Shown here: piece after piece, positions 13,206-25,466 of the stretch
How the letters are laid out: the number at the start of each line of letters is the position of its first letter
Numbering within the stretch: position 1 is the stretch's first letter
Assembly: GCF_006345805.1 (NCBI RefSeq)
Contig: NC_043017.1
Coordinates: 7,626,001-7,690,000, forward strand
Length of the DNA stretch: 64,000 nucleotides
DNA from: Octopus sinensis
Lineage: Eukaryota
Direction of reading: 5' to 3'
Notes under the pieces: generated by a model
Database searches by the model: none
The model's input: the letters and a program-made list of their open reading frames with translations, nothing else
Told to the model about the DNA's origin: nothing
Position numbers and translations under genes: made by a program

Positions 13206-14809
13206 TAACTAATTAATTGTTTGGTTAATTAATCAATCAATCAATCAACATCATCATCATACATCTGTTGTCCATGCTGGCATGGGTTGGAGGGTTTGAC
13301 CAGAGCTGGGGGATGCACTGGACTTCAGTCTGGTTTGGCATGGTTTCTACTGCTGGATGCCCTTCCTGATGCCAACTGCTTTACAGAGTGTGCAGGTGGA
13401 CTTTCACACGGCATCACACAGGTGCTTTTATGTGGTACTGCACAGGTGCTTTTACATGACACCACACAGGTGCTTTGACATGGCATCACATGGGTGCCTT
13501 TGCGTGGCACTGCACAGGTGCTTTTATGTGACACTGCATGGGCACTTTTATGTGGCACCACCAGCAGGATCAATCTTAACACTTCTGCTGTGGGGTACGG
13601 GTCTTCTTATGTACGACCAGGCACCAGGTATCTCAGTCCTAAAGTTCTTTTATTGCCATTCCTGACCTTTCAATGATATGCCCTGAAAACAAAATATTAC
13701 ATAAGGCTGACACATCAATAGTATTTGTCAATGATAATGAAGCTAAATTTAGTGTGGATCAAAGGGCAGTCTATCCAATTATGTTTGACAAGAGGAAGCT
13801 AGAATTTGCTTCATTGGTATTCAACATTCTCGGTCAATTTGTTGCTTACCAAAATCCATCAACATAAACGAATACCTATTTAGCTATTGCAGTTGCACTG
13901 TTGCAATATTTTGGAATTTTTGTTTTTAATCAACTTATTTTTATATTTTGTAACAAAGTTTTATATTTATTTGATATCATGATTATCACCATTTAACATC
14001 CATTTTTTTTCCATACTGGCATGGGTCAGACATGAATGAACAGACAAGTCTGGGGGCTATGCTGAGTTCCAATGTCTACCATGGTTTCTATAACTAAATG
14101 CCCTTCCTAATGCCAGCCACTTTACAGTGTGTACTGGGTGCTTTTTTCATGGCATGAGCACTGGTGAGGTCCCCAAGTACCTACATGACAATCCCTTGGC
14201 TGAGAGGAATTTAGTATTAGGGGTGTGAAAGTACAATTGAAGGACAGAAGCAGGTGTCTTGATATAGTCTTCTAGATCTATGTAGGATTTTTTTCAGGAA
14301 ATTTTTACTTGCATTTGAAACTCCTTCCTGGGAATCATACAACACATTCTGCTTTTAATCTCATCTTGCAGTTGGACACAAAGGACGCACCTGATTGCAA
14401 TATTGCCAAGAATTTGGGAGCTGGATAAGTTCTTAAAACATGGCAACTGATTTTTTGAGATAAATGTGTAATGACACATAACACTGAAGGCCTAGGGCTG
14501 GACACTACAGGGTTTATGTGACAATACATCTCGGATAAGAGAAGCAGCGTATGGTCATACTCTGTTGGTGGTCCAAAAGGGAATAGAAGCCAAGGAATTT
14601 TGTGTGTATCTTAAATCATCCATGCTTTGGATCAAGTCTTCAAACTGTCTACAAGCAAAAATCAATATTTTTGGAGATCAACTATCTGATCATTTTGCCT
14701 AAAATTTGTGACAAATTCAAGGAAAGATTTCCTTCTCACAGAAATGGGACCATGGACCCTGCTCCTATAAGCACAAAGGTTAAAGCAGCAGACTAACTGA
14801 TATCAAAAG

Positions 14810-14850
14810 TCTAACCCTGTGACCCGGCGTTGCCGGGTCATAGTGCTAGT
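14810..14850 (+). mobile_element. Helitron-type 3' terminus
   Basis: GC-rich hairpin tgacccggc-gtt-gccgggtca, followed 5 nt later by CTAG then t. Confidence 0.55.
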
Positions 14851-15265
14851 GCATGCATATACAGCTGCGTGCGTGCGCACATACATGTGAGTACTGTCCA
14901 AATCTCCGACCAATCACATACAGCTAGCTGGCATTCAATTGGCGTATCAAGTTTCAGGCATTTTGATTGGGCTTGGGATAGAAAATTCACAAAAGATTTT
15001 GGTGCCCCCATGTATATGTAATTCAAAATATAGACAATAAATTATAAAATAATTTTTTTTGTTTTTCAAAATGAAACAAAACAAACAGTAAGGGGGAAAA
15101 TAATGTTTATTTTTGCATGCTTCCATTTTATTTATATCTGAAAAGCTTTCTCCTACTTTTTTTAATTGCAAAGTCTTTGATCAGATCCTCAAAATTAATC
15201 TTATGTAACACATCTGCTTCTATACTTAGTAAAGAAAAGGCATCCCAAATATTATTTTAGCAAGT

Positions 15266-15495
15266 TTAACCCTTTTGATATCAACCTGGCTGAAACCACC
15301 TCTGGCTCTGTAATACAAATGTCTTGTTTTCAAAAGTTCTGAATTAAAATGTTCCACCAAACCTTAGTCACAATTTATGCTCCTAACACTAGCTTAATAA
15401 TAACTAAGTTATTTTACTAAATTCTTCGTTATATTTAAAATTAATTGAAAGAAACACAGAGCATCTCAGCAGAAATATGGTAATAAAAGGGTTAA
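15266..15495. mobile_element. Second piggyBac-like TTAA MITE family; another copy at about 43920-44150 is nested in the first family
   Basis: ttaaCCCTTTT ... AAAAGGGttaa; matches 43920-44150. Confidence 0.75.
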
Positions 15496-15764
15496 TGTGA
15501 TTTCTTTTGTGCCGTAAACCATCTACCATTTCTGTGGTGCACCCCTTCTATTGATTCCCTAAGCATATGTTTATTTTGCTTAATGGTTAACCCAGTGCTG
15601 GATGTAAAGGGTCAGTTTTCTTCACCCCTACCCATGACTGCATCCTTTGTTGAAGTGTTGCATACTCAATCATAATCTTCATTGATTACTAATGGCTGAA
15701 ACTTGTTGGGAGTCAGAGATGGTGGACCTTTTATTGCAGCAGTGAGTAAAGTGTGTCGAAAAGT

Positions 15765-15991
15765 GGCGAGCTGGCAGAAACGTTAGCACGCCAGGTGAAA
15801 TGCGTAGCCGTATTTCGTCTGTCGTTACGTTCTGAGTTCAAATTCCGCCGAGGTCGACTTTGCCTTTCATCCTTTCGGGGTCGATAAATAAAGTACCAGT
15901 TTCCCACTGGGGTCGATGGAATCGACTTCATTCCTTTGTCTGTCTTGTTTGTCCCCTCTATGTTTAGCCCCTTGTGGGCAGTAAAGAAATA
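15765..15991 (+). mobile_element. tRNA-derived SINE family B with a Meta-domain-like core. Further copies at 16140-16560, 25585-26035, 34700-34865, 49365-49520, 21230-21435(-), 45000-45210(-)
   Basis: Head ggcgagctggcagaa...gagttcaaattcc; core gcctttcatcctttcggggtcgataaa..aagtaccag; superfamily assigned from memory. Confidence 0.75.
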
Positions 15992-17221
15992 CATATGTGT
16001 GACAGTGAAAGACTACCACTTCCATAGCTCTAGGAATAGAGGAGGTGGGTATGAGACCTTTTGGTGCTACTTATTTGGCATCAGTGATTCGATGCTGACT
16101 TATTTGACATCAACCATTTTAATATTTCTATCATTCAAAGCTGGTGAGCTGGCAGAATTGTTAGCACGCTGAGCAAAACGCTTAGCTGCTTTCATACTTC
16201 TTTACATTTCTGAGATCAAATTCCGCTGAGATCAACTTTGCTTTTCATCCTTTCAGAGTCGACGAAATAAACACCTGTGGAGCACTGAGGTCGCTACAAT
16301 CAACTTACCCCCACCCCTAAAATTGCTGGCCTTGTGCCTAAATTTGAAATTAAAATATTTTTCCCCTTCTCTGGTAACAAACTGGCAGAATTGTTAACAC
16401 ACCTGGCAAAATGCTTAGCAATATTTTGTACCTCTTTACGTCCTGAGTTCAAATTCCGTCAGGGTAGACTTTGCCTTTAATTCTCTCAGGGATGATAACA
16501 TAAGTACCAATTGGGCACTGGGGTCAACTGCACTGGCCTTGTGCCAAAATTTGAAACTAATATTGCTCTCATTCTCTCTCTGTTCATATGTTTGAGTATC
16601 TATGTTTATATGCATATTTGATATCTATTTCTCTCCCATCCTCTCTCTCTCTCTGTCTATCTATCTCTCCCCCTCTCTATATATATTGCTGTGCACACAT
16701 GCTTGTGTGTGTGTGTGGGTGAGAGTCTGCTTCCAGTACCAAAACAGGTTGAATGTCCTAACAGTTATGTCCAATCATTTCATTCCTGTTGTATAGGTTG
16801 GAGCCTGTTGAGGTGACATATGCTGACATTTGTTTGGAATCATTTTCTTCCTTAATTACCAATAGACGGACATGATAACTCTATTTTCTAATTTATTTAT
16901 TTCCTCTTGACAGTTACTAAGTCATCATCAAATTCGACGTGTGTGTGTGTGGTATATATGCGTGTATAATATATACTCTTGTTTTATTCTTTTACTTGTT
17001 TCAGCGATTTGACTGCCGTCATGCTGGAGCACTGCTTTAAAGGGTTTTAGTCAAAGAAATTAATCCCAGGACTTATTCTTTTGTAAGCCTGGTACTTATT
17101 CTATTGATCTCTTTTGCTGAACTGCTAAGCTATGAGGACATAAACACACCAACGTCAGTTGTCAAGCGATCGTAGGGGAAGGGACAAGCATAGACACAAA
17201 GACACATACGTATATATGTGT

Positions 17222-17595
17222 CTGTGTGGTAAGTAGCTTGCTTACCAACCACATGGTTCCGGGTTCATTCCCACTGCGTGGCACCTTGGGCAAGTGTCTT
17301 CTACTATAGCCTCGGGTCGACCAAAGCCTTGTGAGTGGATTTGGTAGACGGAAACTGAAAGAAGCCCGTCGTATATATATATGTGTGTTTGTGTGTCTGT
17401 GTTTGTCCCCCCAACATTGCTTGACAACCGATGCTGTTGTGTTTACGTCCCCTTAACTTAGCGGTTCAGCAAAAGAGACCGATAGAATAATTACTAGGCT
17501 TACAAAGAATAAGTCATGGGGTCGATTTGCTCGACTAAAAAAGGTGGTGCTCCAGCATGGCCACAGTCAAATGACTGAAACAAGTAAAAGAGTAT
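17222..17595 (+). mobile_element. SINE family A copy, next to an inverted partial copy at 16985-17200
   Basis: Direct sequence match to 57347-57722. Confidence 0.85.
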
Positions 17596-17598
17596 AAA

Positions 17599-17838
17599 TA
17601 TATTAAAAATGGGGAAAGCCGGTTTACGGGATTACCTTAGGTTTCCCGTCTGTAAAGGGTTTTGCTTTATGATGTATTGTCAGATCCCAAAACCTGTAGG
17701 CCCAAGACCTCTTAAAGATATGGAGGAAGTGTTGGGCCAACAGGTTTTGAGATCTGACGATACGCCATAAAGCTAAACCCTTTAAGGACGGGAAACCTAA
17801 GGCAATCCCGTAAACCAGCCTTCTCCATTTTTAATATA
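17599..17838. repeat. ~240-bp imperfect palindrome (foldback); one arm recurs at about 20648-20790
   Basis: Arms of about 110 bp are reverse complements around a loop of about 20 nt. Confidence 0.85.
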
Positions 17839-18689
17839 TACTACTCTACATCTTAGAGTGTGCTTCTTTGGGATTTGTTTTTGGCAGACGATACATATAC
17901 ACACACACACACACAACGGGCTTCTTTCAGTTTTCATCTACCAAATCCACTCACAAGGCTTTCGTCAGCACACACACACACTTACTTAGGCTGTTTTAAT
18001 GTAGAACCTTTATTCATTGCGTTGAGTCTTAAAACTCATCACTGTTCCATTCTATTTCGTGTGTAACCCAGCCCGTACATAAATTATAGATCTTGTGTAG
18101 GTAGTTAGAACCAAGAAGCGAAACTGCAACCTCTCTCAATCTTTCAACAGCCTTACTGCGGCTCCTGTTACAAAATCGAATGTTACGAACCGACAATTGA
18201 GCCTTTCCATAGTCACTCCTCTCCAGTCTTGCTAGAAACGGCAGCCAAACCTATTTCAAATCATACTCTATCGTCCTCAATAATAGGAAGCACACATTTG
18301 ATAATGTTGCACTTGGGTACTCTACGTCTAGAAGACAGATGGTCATGGATGGAATGTCTTTGATCTTAGGTCTAATCATTCAGGGCCAACTTGGGGACTA
18401 AGCAAAGAACAAGAATGGGGAAATTCGCGATAAAATTACGACTACCCAACCCACTTTTTGTTATCTTTAAGGTCTCCCGAAGTCACCCAATTGAAATGGT
18501 TTTAACGCTGTTCATACACCAATCTCTCTGCCTGACAGTCTTTCTGACTTTGCGTGTGTGTTCTCTGCCAGTATAGTTATGTTATACTAAGCGATAATTT
18601 GTGTCACCTACCGACAATTTAAAACTGACGTGTGTGTCATTTATATATAGATATATTACTTTATCTTCCATAGAGTCTCAACTCAACTC

Positions 18690-18993
18690 TTCTGTCTCTC
18701 TATCTATCTAAGTTCTCTATTTATCTAGCATCTTTCTCTCTCTCTCTTTCCCCTCTGTCTCTTTCACTCTCTATTCGGTCTGTCTCTTCCACCGGTTGAT
18801 CCTGTGTTCTATATTTCTTTCTTTCTTGCCCTTACTCTCTTTATCTATCTGCCTGTCTTTCTATCTATCTATCTATCTATTTATCTATCTATCTGCCTGT
18901 CTTTCTATCTATCTATCGTCCCGTTTCTTGTACCAATTTAATCTGTCGCTCTATTTTAACCTCCTCTCTCTCTCTCTCTTACTCTCTCTCTTA

Positions 18994-19025
<32 letters not shown>

Positions 19026-19040
19026 TCCTTTCAGTCTTTC
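18690..19040. repeat. (CT)n/(CTAT)n microsatellite tract
   Basis: Seen directly. Confidence 0.9.
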
Positions 19041-20819
19041 TCTTCCATTCACTCCCCAAGTCTTTCTTGGAATTCCTCACCAAATCTAACCAACTAATGT
19101 GATATCATCACTAAATCGATATCACTTTCTTAAATTCGTTTGTAGTAGCATTTAAAAACAAAGTAAGTAGCGATCATTTACTATCTATCTATCTGTCTAT
19201 CCATCATTTACTCTCGCATCTATTCTTGTTTCTTTAATTACATCGGGACATTATCGTGGCTCGAACTCCCATTTTCGAGGGTGTTCACCACCGTCGATCC
19301 TTTCCAACGTGGATTCTGTTTAATGTGAAGAAGGTTGGCGATATATTAATGCGACGTGTCATACTCGCGCTCGTTTTATCAGAGCCGTTTGTATGATCCT
19401 CTTTCGTGTTTGTATTATTATTATTAACACAGAGCGACATGTATTATATAAATAGAGGACGACAAAGTTTCCAGCCGAGCCAAGTGGTCGCTAGACGTGC
19501 TAGAAATAACAGCACAACGGCAAAATCTACATCGAATCACATGCTTCTTCCGTCTTTGGAAAATATGGAACGAAGCATCGGATAATGTAGTCTTCGATGC
19601 AATATTTGAATAATAATAGTAATAAAACGGGATGACACGACTGGAATGTCTTTGATTATAAACTTGGCTCATCGGGGCTGATTTCCAGCTTAACAACCAT
19701 AACAATAGAAATCCTCTCGTTCGATCTTCGATCCATTTTGCTTATGTGTCTTTCGGCTACATCATCGTCTCTATACACCTTAGTTTATATACTCCAGCGT
19801 GTATACATAAACACACCTTAGTTTGTAATACACTTTAATCTAAATATATATTTTTTATCAAAAATGAAAAATAAATTAAACGCGTAAACGATGTAGCCTT
19901 TATGTGGTCGTTCAGCCTGTTAGAAATAGCAGTCAAATCACTCAGATCACAGCCTGTCGCCTCGTACGAAGGAGAGCAGAACATTTTGTAGAATTTATAA
20001 CCCTTAAAACAATGGTTAGGTCACGGTTAGAATACTTTTGATCAAGGTTGATGGGGGTATGTAGAATAAACTACAGCTACAATATCGTTAATAAAATATC
20101 TTTTAATCCGGATACTTTGAACAACAGATCCACTATTAGAAAGTTGGGGAGGAAATGTTTCCTTAAAGAAAGACAATGTTTCCTTAAAATATGTCAACGT
20201 GTAAGGTTTAACCTGTACTTGGACCCTTGGTGGGATGCAGTGATCTTATGTTTTTTTTTCTATTGAGGATTTTAATGTGTGTGTGTGCAATATATTATGT
20301 AAATGTACGTACCATGTTGCATGTATTTGTTAAAAATTAAGTTCTTTATGGAGTTAACAATGCAACAAAATTTTAAAGTTAAGAAAGTTCCCTGGGTTTG
20401 TAAATAAGTGGTAGAGTTGGGGTTGTGTATATATGTAGGTGTATGCATCTGCATTTATGTTCAGTGTGAACGTGTCTCTTTAGTGCTTAGGTGTTTGTGT
20501 CTGTCTCTGAGTACATCATTACTAAAAACATGTTTATTATTAGTAGATGCTCACAACAAAGTGTGTGCTTGGATTCGTTTAAAGAATCTCAGCTAAATGT
20601 GTGTTGGCAAACAACCAGAATTCGATACATGTGTGTGTGTGTGTGTATAATGGGGGAAGCCGGTTTTTGAGGTTACCTTAGGTTTCCTGTCCATAAAACG
20701 TTTGGCCTTACGGCGTATCGTCAGACCCCAAACCTGTTGGCCTAAGACCACTTCAAAATATGCTCTGCATCTTAGAGTGTGCTTCTTATCCGGATTTATG
20801 TTTTTCTACAAACGATCGA

Positions 20820-21175
20820 TATATATATATGTATGTATGCATGTATATGTATGTATGTATGTATATGTATGTATGTATGTATATGTATGTTTGTATGCAT
20901 GTATATGTATGTATGTTTGTATGCATGTATATGTATGTATGTATGTATGCATGTATATGTATATATGTATGTAATGTATGTATGTATGCATGTATATGTA
21001 TGTATGCATGTATATGTATGTATGTATGCATGTATATGTATGTATGCATGTATATGTATGTATGTATGCATGTATATGTATGTAATGTATGTATGTATGT
21101 ATGTATGAATATATGCATGTATGTATGTGTGTATGTATATGTATGTATGCATGTATATGTATGTATGTGTGTATA
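20820..21175. repeat. Compound (TATG)n/(TGCA) microsatellite
   Basis: Seen directly; produces the stacked MYVC/HTYI ORFs. Confidence 0.95.
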
Positions 21176-24060
21176 GCGACTTTTGGCCCTTGAGTCACTT
21201 TGTAACTTCTACCGGATTAAAAAGCGGTTTCAAATTTTGGCAGAGGGTTAGTAGTTTTGAGTGGAGGGGGAGGTCAGTGACGTCGACCCCAGTTCTTATT
21301 GGCAGCTACTTACTTTGCCGATCCCAAAAGGATGAAAGGTAAAGTCAAACCCCTGCGGAATTTGGGCTGACAATGTAAAGACGGACGAAATGCCGCTTGG
21401 CAATTTGTCTGATGTGCTATTCTGCCAGCTCGCCTTTTTTCTGCCGATTGAAATTACACACACACACACACACACATACACTATACACACCCGTGCGCAA
21501 ACTTGTAATTTCTTAAGGGCGATCTTACGGTATATGTTTCGATTATATGTAGTCATCAAAGCCATGTTAGCATCGAAAAACGGACGTATGTGAATGTATA
21601 TACACACACATACACACACACGTACGCATTATTTACATTTCCGTCATCAGTTTGATCTCTGATGATTATTGTTAAAGTGCATGCTTACAAAATTTATATC
21701 AACACTACATTTCGACCAGAACGTTCATAGTCTCGGCTTGGTGGAACCATTATTTCCGAACTTAGTGCAATAGTGCCCTTATCCACTACATGAGTGTTCA
21801 TAGGCCATTGAACCACGATAGATATCGCTCAACACGCAAAGTCTACTTTATAAACACACTCTATCGTCTGAGAAAGGAAGGACATATGAGACGATTTAGT
21901 TCTAGATTTTTTTTAAAGGTGGGATGGACGACATGGTTGGAACTACTTCGTTTATGGATAATTTTAATTTTGAAAGAAAAATTCTTATTTCAAATCCAGT
22001 TTAGGACTGTGAATATCCAAGGATGAAACACATGGCGATGATCAGGTGTCAAAATGTAAAGATATCTTTTATTTTGTACTTGTTTCAGTCAGTGGGTTGA
22101 GGCCATGCTTGAGCACCACTTTGAGGGGATTTTTGGGTTGAACGAGTCGACTCCAGCACTTGAATTTTTCCAAAACCTGTTATTTATTCTATTGTTCTTT
22201 GCACCGGACTGCTAAGTTACGGGGACATAAACACCGGTTGTCGAGCATTGGGAGGAAGACAAACATACATAAATAAATACATATATATACATGCGACGGG
22301 CTTCTTTCAGTTTCCGTCAACCAAATCCACTCACAAGCCTTTGGTCAGCCCTAGACTATAGTAGAAGACACTTGCCTATGGTGTCACGCAGTGGGATTGA
22401 ACCCGGAAGCATGTGGTTGGGAAGCAAGCTTCTTACCACACGACCGTATTGTCAGTGTGCACTGTAAAAGGTGAGGTGAATAACCTGTGAAAAGGTCATC
22501 AGCTGGTTATGTAGAGCAAGGGAGATAATTATTATAATGAGTCGACTTTTTTATTCTCTTCATGAATTTTCATTGGAAAAATTTTAACTAAATAAATTGT
22601 AATTTTGTTTTGTTTTGTTTTTCATTTGAAAAAGATTTTTAAAAACCCACAAAAATTAAAGCATCAAGGTTTTAATATCTTTCTAAGCGTAGGCACGACT
22701 GTGTGATTAAGAATCTCGCTTTGCAACCTCGTAGTTCCAGGTTCAGTCCCTCTGCGCGACACCAAGGGCAAGTGCCTTTTACTATAACCCCCCCCCACCG
22801 CTGACCAATGTCTTATGAGTGAACTTAGTTGGATGGAAACTGTGTGGAAGCTTGTTATCTGTAGATATGTGTGCATTTGTCTTTGTGCTTGTCCCCTTAC
22901 CAATTGACAGCCGCTGTTGGTTTGTTTACGTCCCTATAATCTAACGGTTTAGCAAAAAAGGGCCGATAGAACAGATACCAAACATAAAGAAAAAGTACTG
23001 AGGCTAATTTGTCTGACTAAAACTCTTCAAGGTGGTGCCCCAGCATGGCTGCAGTCCAATGACCAAAACGAGTAAATGCCTAAAAAATAATCATGCCATA
23101 TTTTCTTAGAAACGGCAGATAATGCATTCCTTTCCAGATATAAGGAAGGAATGGAACATAGCTCTGCTCAATTAGGTCTAACTTGTATTTAAACAACAAC
23201 CATATTCAATCAATGACTCCTCGTAGATCATCATCGTTTAACATCTATTTTCTGTGCTGGCATGGGTCGGATGGCTTGACAAGAACCAGCAAGGCCAGGG
23301 GTCACACCTGGTTCTATAGTCTGTTTTGGTTTGGTTTCTACAGCTGGATGCCCTTCCTAATGGCAACCACTTTACAAAGTGTACTGGATGCTTTTTACAT
23401 GGCACCAGCACCCACACCAATTCTTTTTCATGCGACACCTTGGTTTTAGGATATGTTGCGAGGACTGAACCTCTCCTTACAATCATAATTGTTATGATGT
23501 ACTTGGTACTGTAATTTCTTATGACATGTCTAACAACTTGCGTTGTGAGCTGTTTGTCTGAATTTTGTGAAGGTTGTTATAAGGTATTTACCTAATCTGT
23601 AGTAACATGTTGTATGATGCTTGTCTAACTGTTGTGATGTTTGGGTATGAGATGTTTTACACAGCCATTTGCGCTCTGCCTATTTCGTATTGCTGATTTG
23701 ATGCCAACAATTTCATATCAGATATTTTAATGTTTCTCTTATACTGTCCTTCCTCCTCCATCCGTCTATCTATCTGTTTATCTATTTATGTGTGTGGACA
23801 TCGCCAGCCTCGTCTGGCACCTGTGTCGGTGGCACATAAAAAGCACCCACTACACTCACAGAGTGGTTGACGTTAGGAAGGGCATCCAGCTGTAGAAACA
23901 CTGCCAGATCAGCCTGGCCTGGTGCAGCCTTCGGGCTTCCCAGACCCCAGTTGAACCGTCCAACCCATGCTAGCATGGAAAGCGGACGTTAAACGATGAT
24001 GATGATGATGATATGAGGACAGGGAAAGTGTTTATGTAAATCATGTTTAATAAATTTTAA

Positions 24061-24092
<32 letters not shown>

Positions 24093-24454
24093 ACTATGTG
24101 TATATTTCTCTCTATGTGTGTGGTTGCCTCTAGTACCAGAATATACTGGTGCCAAAACAGGCTGCATGTCTAGTTAGTTATGCTAGATTATCAGCACCCA
24201 AACAGCAGCCCCTAACCATCTCATTTTGGTGACCTATCTATCTTTCTGTCTATTTCTCTCTGTGTGAAAAGAGGGAAAGTGTTTATATGTGAATCATGCT
24301 CAATTAATAAATTGTCATCTCTCTCTCCCATTCTTTCTACCTGTATGTATGTGTGTGTTTTCCTCCAATACCAAAACAGGCTGCATGTCCAGTCGACCAT
24401 ACCAGATGGTCAACACCCAAACAGCTGCACCTAATCATGTCAGTCAGGTGATGA

Positions 24455-25205
24455 TGTATTGCAAAATGCTTGTCTTGCTGCAGGGATATGCTGTGAGATC
24501 CTTCTGTAACTACAGTGAAATACTGTGAAGTCCTTGCTTAATTTCAGTGAAGTGTTGTATGATCCTAGTCTAACTACTGAAATTTGTTGTGATGCTTTTA
24601 TCTAGCTGCTGTGATGCGTTGTGATCTATTTGTCTAACTGCTGTAAAAGTATTGTGAAGTCCTTTATCCAATTATGACAATGTCTTATAGGGTATCTGTC
24701 TAACTGCAGTGATGTGTTGTGAGGTTCTTGTCATGTCCTTGTCTAACCATGACTATATGTTGTGTGGTACCTAAACACAGTGATATATTGTGAGGTTTTA
24801 TTTTACTAACTGCCACAAAGTATTATAAGGATAAAGCATCTTTCTTGACCCCTATGAACTCAGAAGAGCTAATTCGCCAATTTCTGTGGCATATATACAT
24901 TTATCCCCAGGACGGGATGCCGGTCCATTGCCACATTACTCATTTTTGCCAGCTGAGTGGACTGGAGCAACATGAAATGAAGTGTTTTGCTCAAGAACAA
25001 AATGCATCGCCCAGTCCAGGAATTGAAACTGCGATTTTATGATTATGAATCCAACACCTTAACTGCTAGGCCACCTGCCTCTACTGCAAAATATCGTGAA
25101 GTCTTTTATCTAACTGTGGGAATGTGTTGTGAGGTATCTGACAAGCTGTTGTGAGGTCTTTGTCAAACTATTGTACTATATTGTGAGGTATTTGTCTTAT
25201 TACAG
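24455..25205. repeat. Degenerate ~30-bp minisatellite (tgttgtgaggt.tttgtctaactgc), interrupted by a SINE; also at about 23490-23670
   Basis: Recurring tgtgaggt/gtctaact units. Confidence 0.6.
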
Positions 25206-25277
25206 TCCATCAGATGTAAAATCCAGACTAAAATGCATTTTTTCTATTTTTTCTCCTCCAGAACCAAATTAAACAAA

Positions 25278-25466
25278 ATGGAATTGTCTTGGATCCCTAA
25301 AAAGAAAGAGTTGTCATGGCTACAAGGTATCTGTGCACAAATAATAAAGACTGGTCCCATGCCGAAACATGTGGCCTTCATCATGGATGGTAACCGGCGT
25401 TTTGCCAGCAAGACTTCAATAGACCAATCTCAGGGACATATCAAAGGATTTATTGCACTTACTGAG
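25278..25466 (+). CDS. DHDDS: Dehydrodolichyl diphosphate synthase (cis-prenyltransferase) coding exon 1
   Basis: Acceptor ctcctccag ends at 25261; ATG at 25278; MELSWIP...GPMPKHVAFIMDGNRRFA carries the cis-PT motif I; donor GAG|gtaac. Confidence 0.96.

Noticed and set aside
13390-13565. Regular ~22-bp repeats resembling a CRISPR array
   Set aside because: Tandem units without unique spacers inside a family C repeat; eukaryotic context and no cas genes
13673-14800. Hidden coding exons between BRWD and DHDDS
   Set aside because: The candidate acceptors I tested lead to early stops, and no known protein motif was seen
20702-21198. Stack of 90-138 aa ORFs on both strands (MYVC/HTYI repeats); similar stacks at 12215-12519 and 59919-60443
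   Set aside because: Translations of microsatellites that lack stop codons
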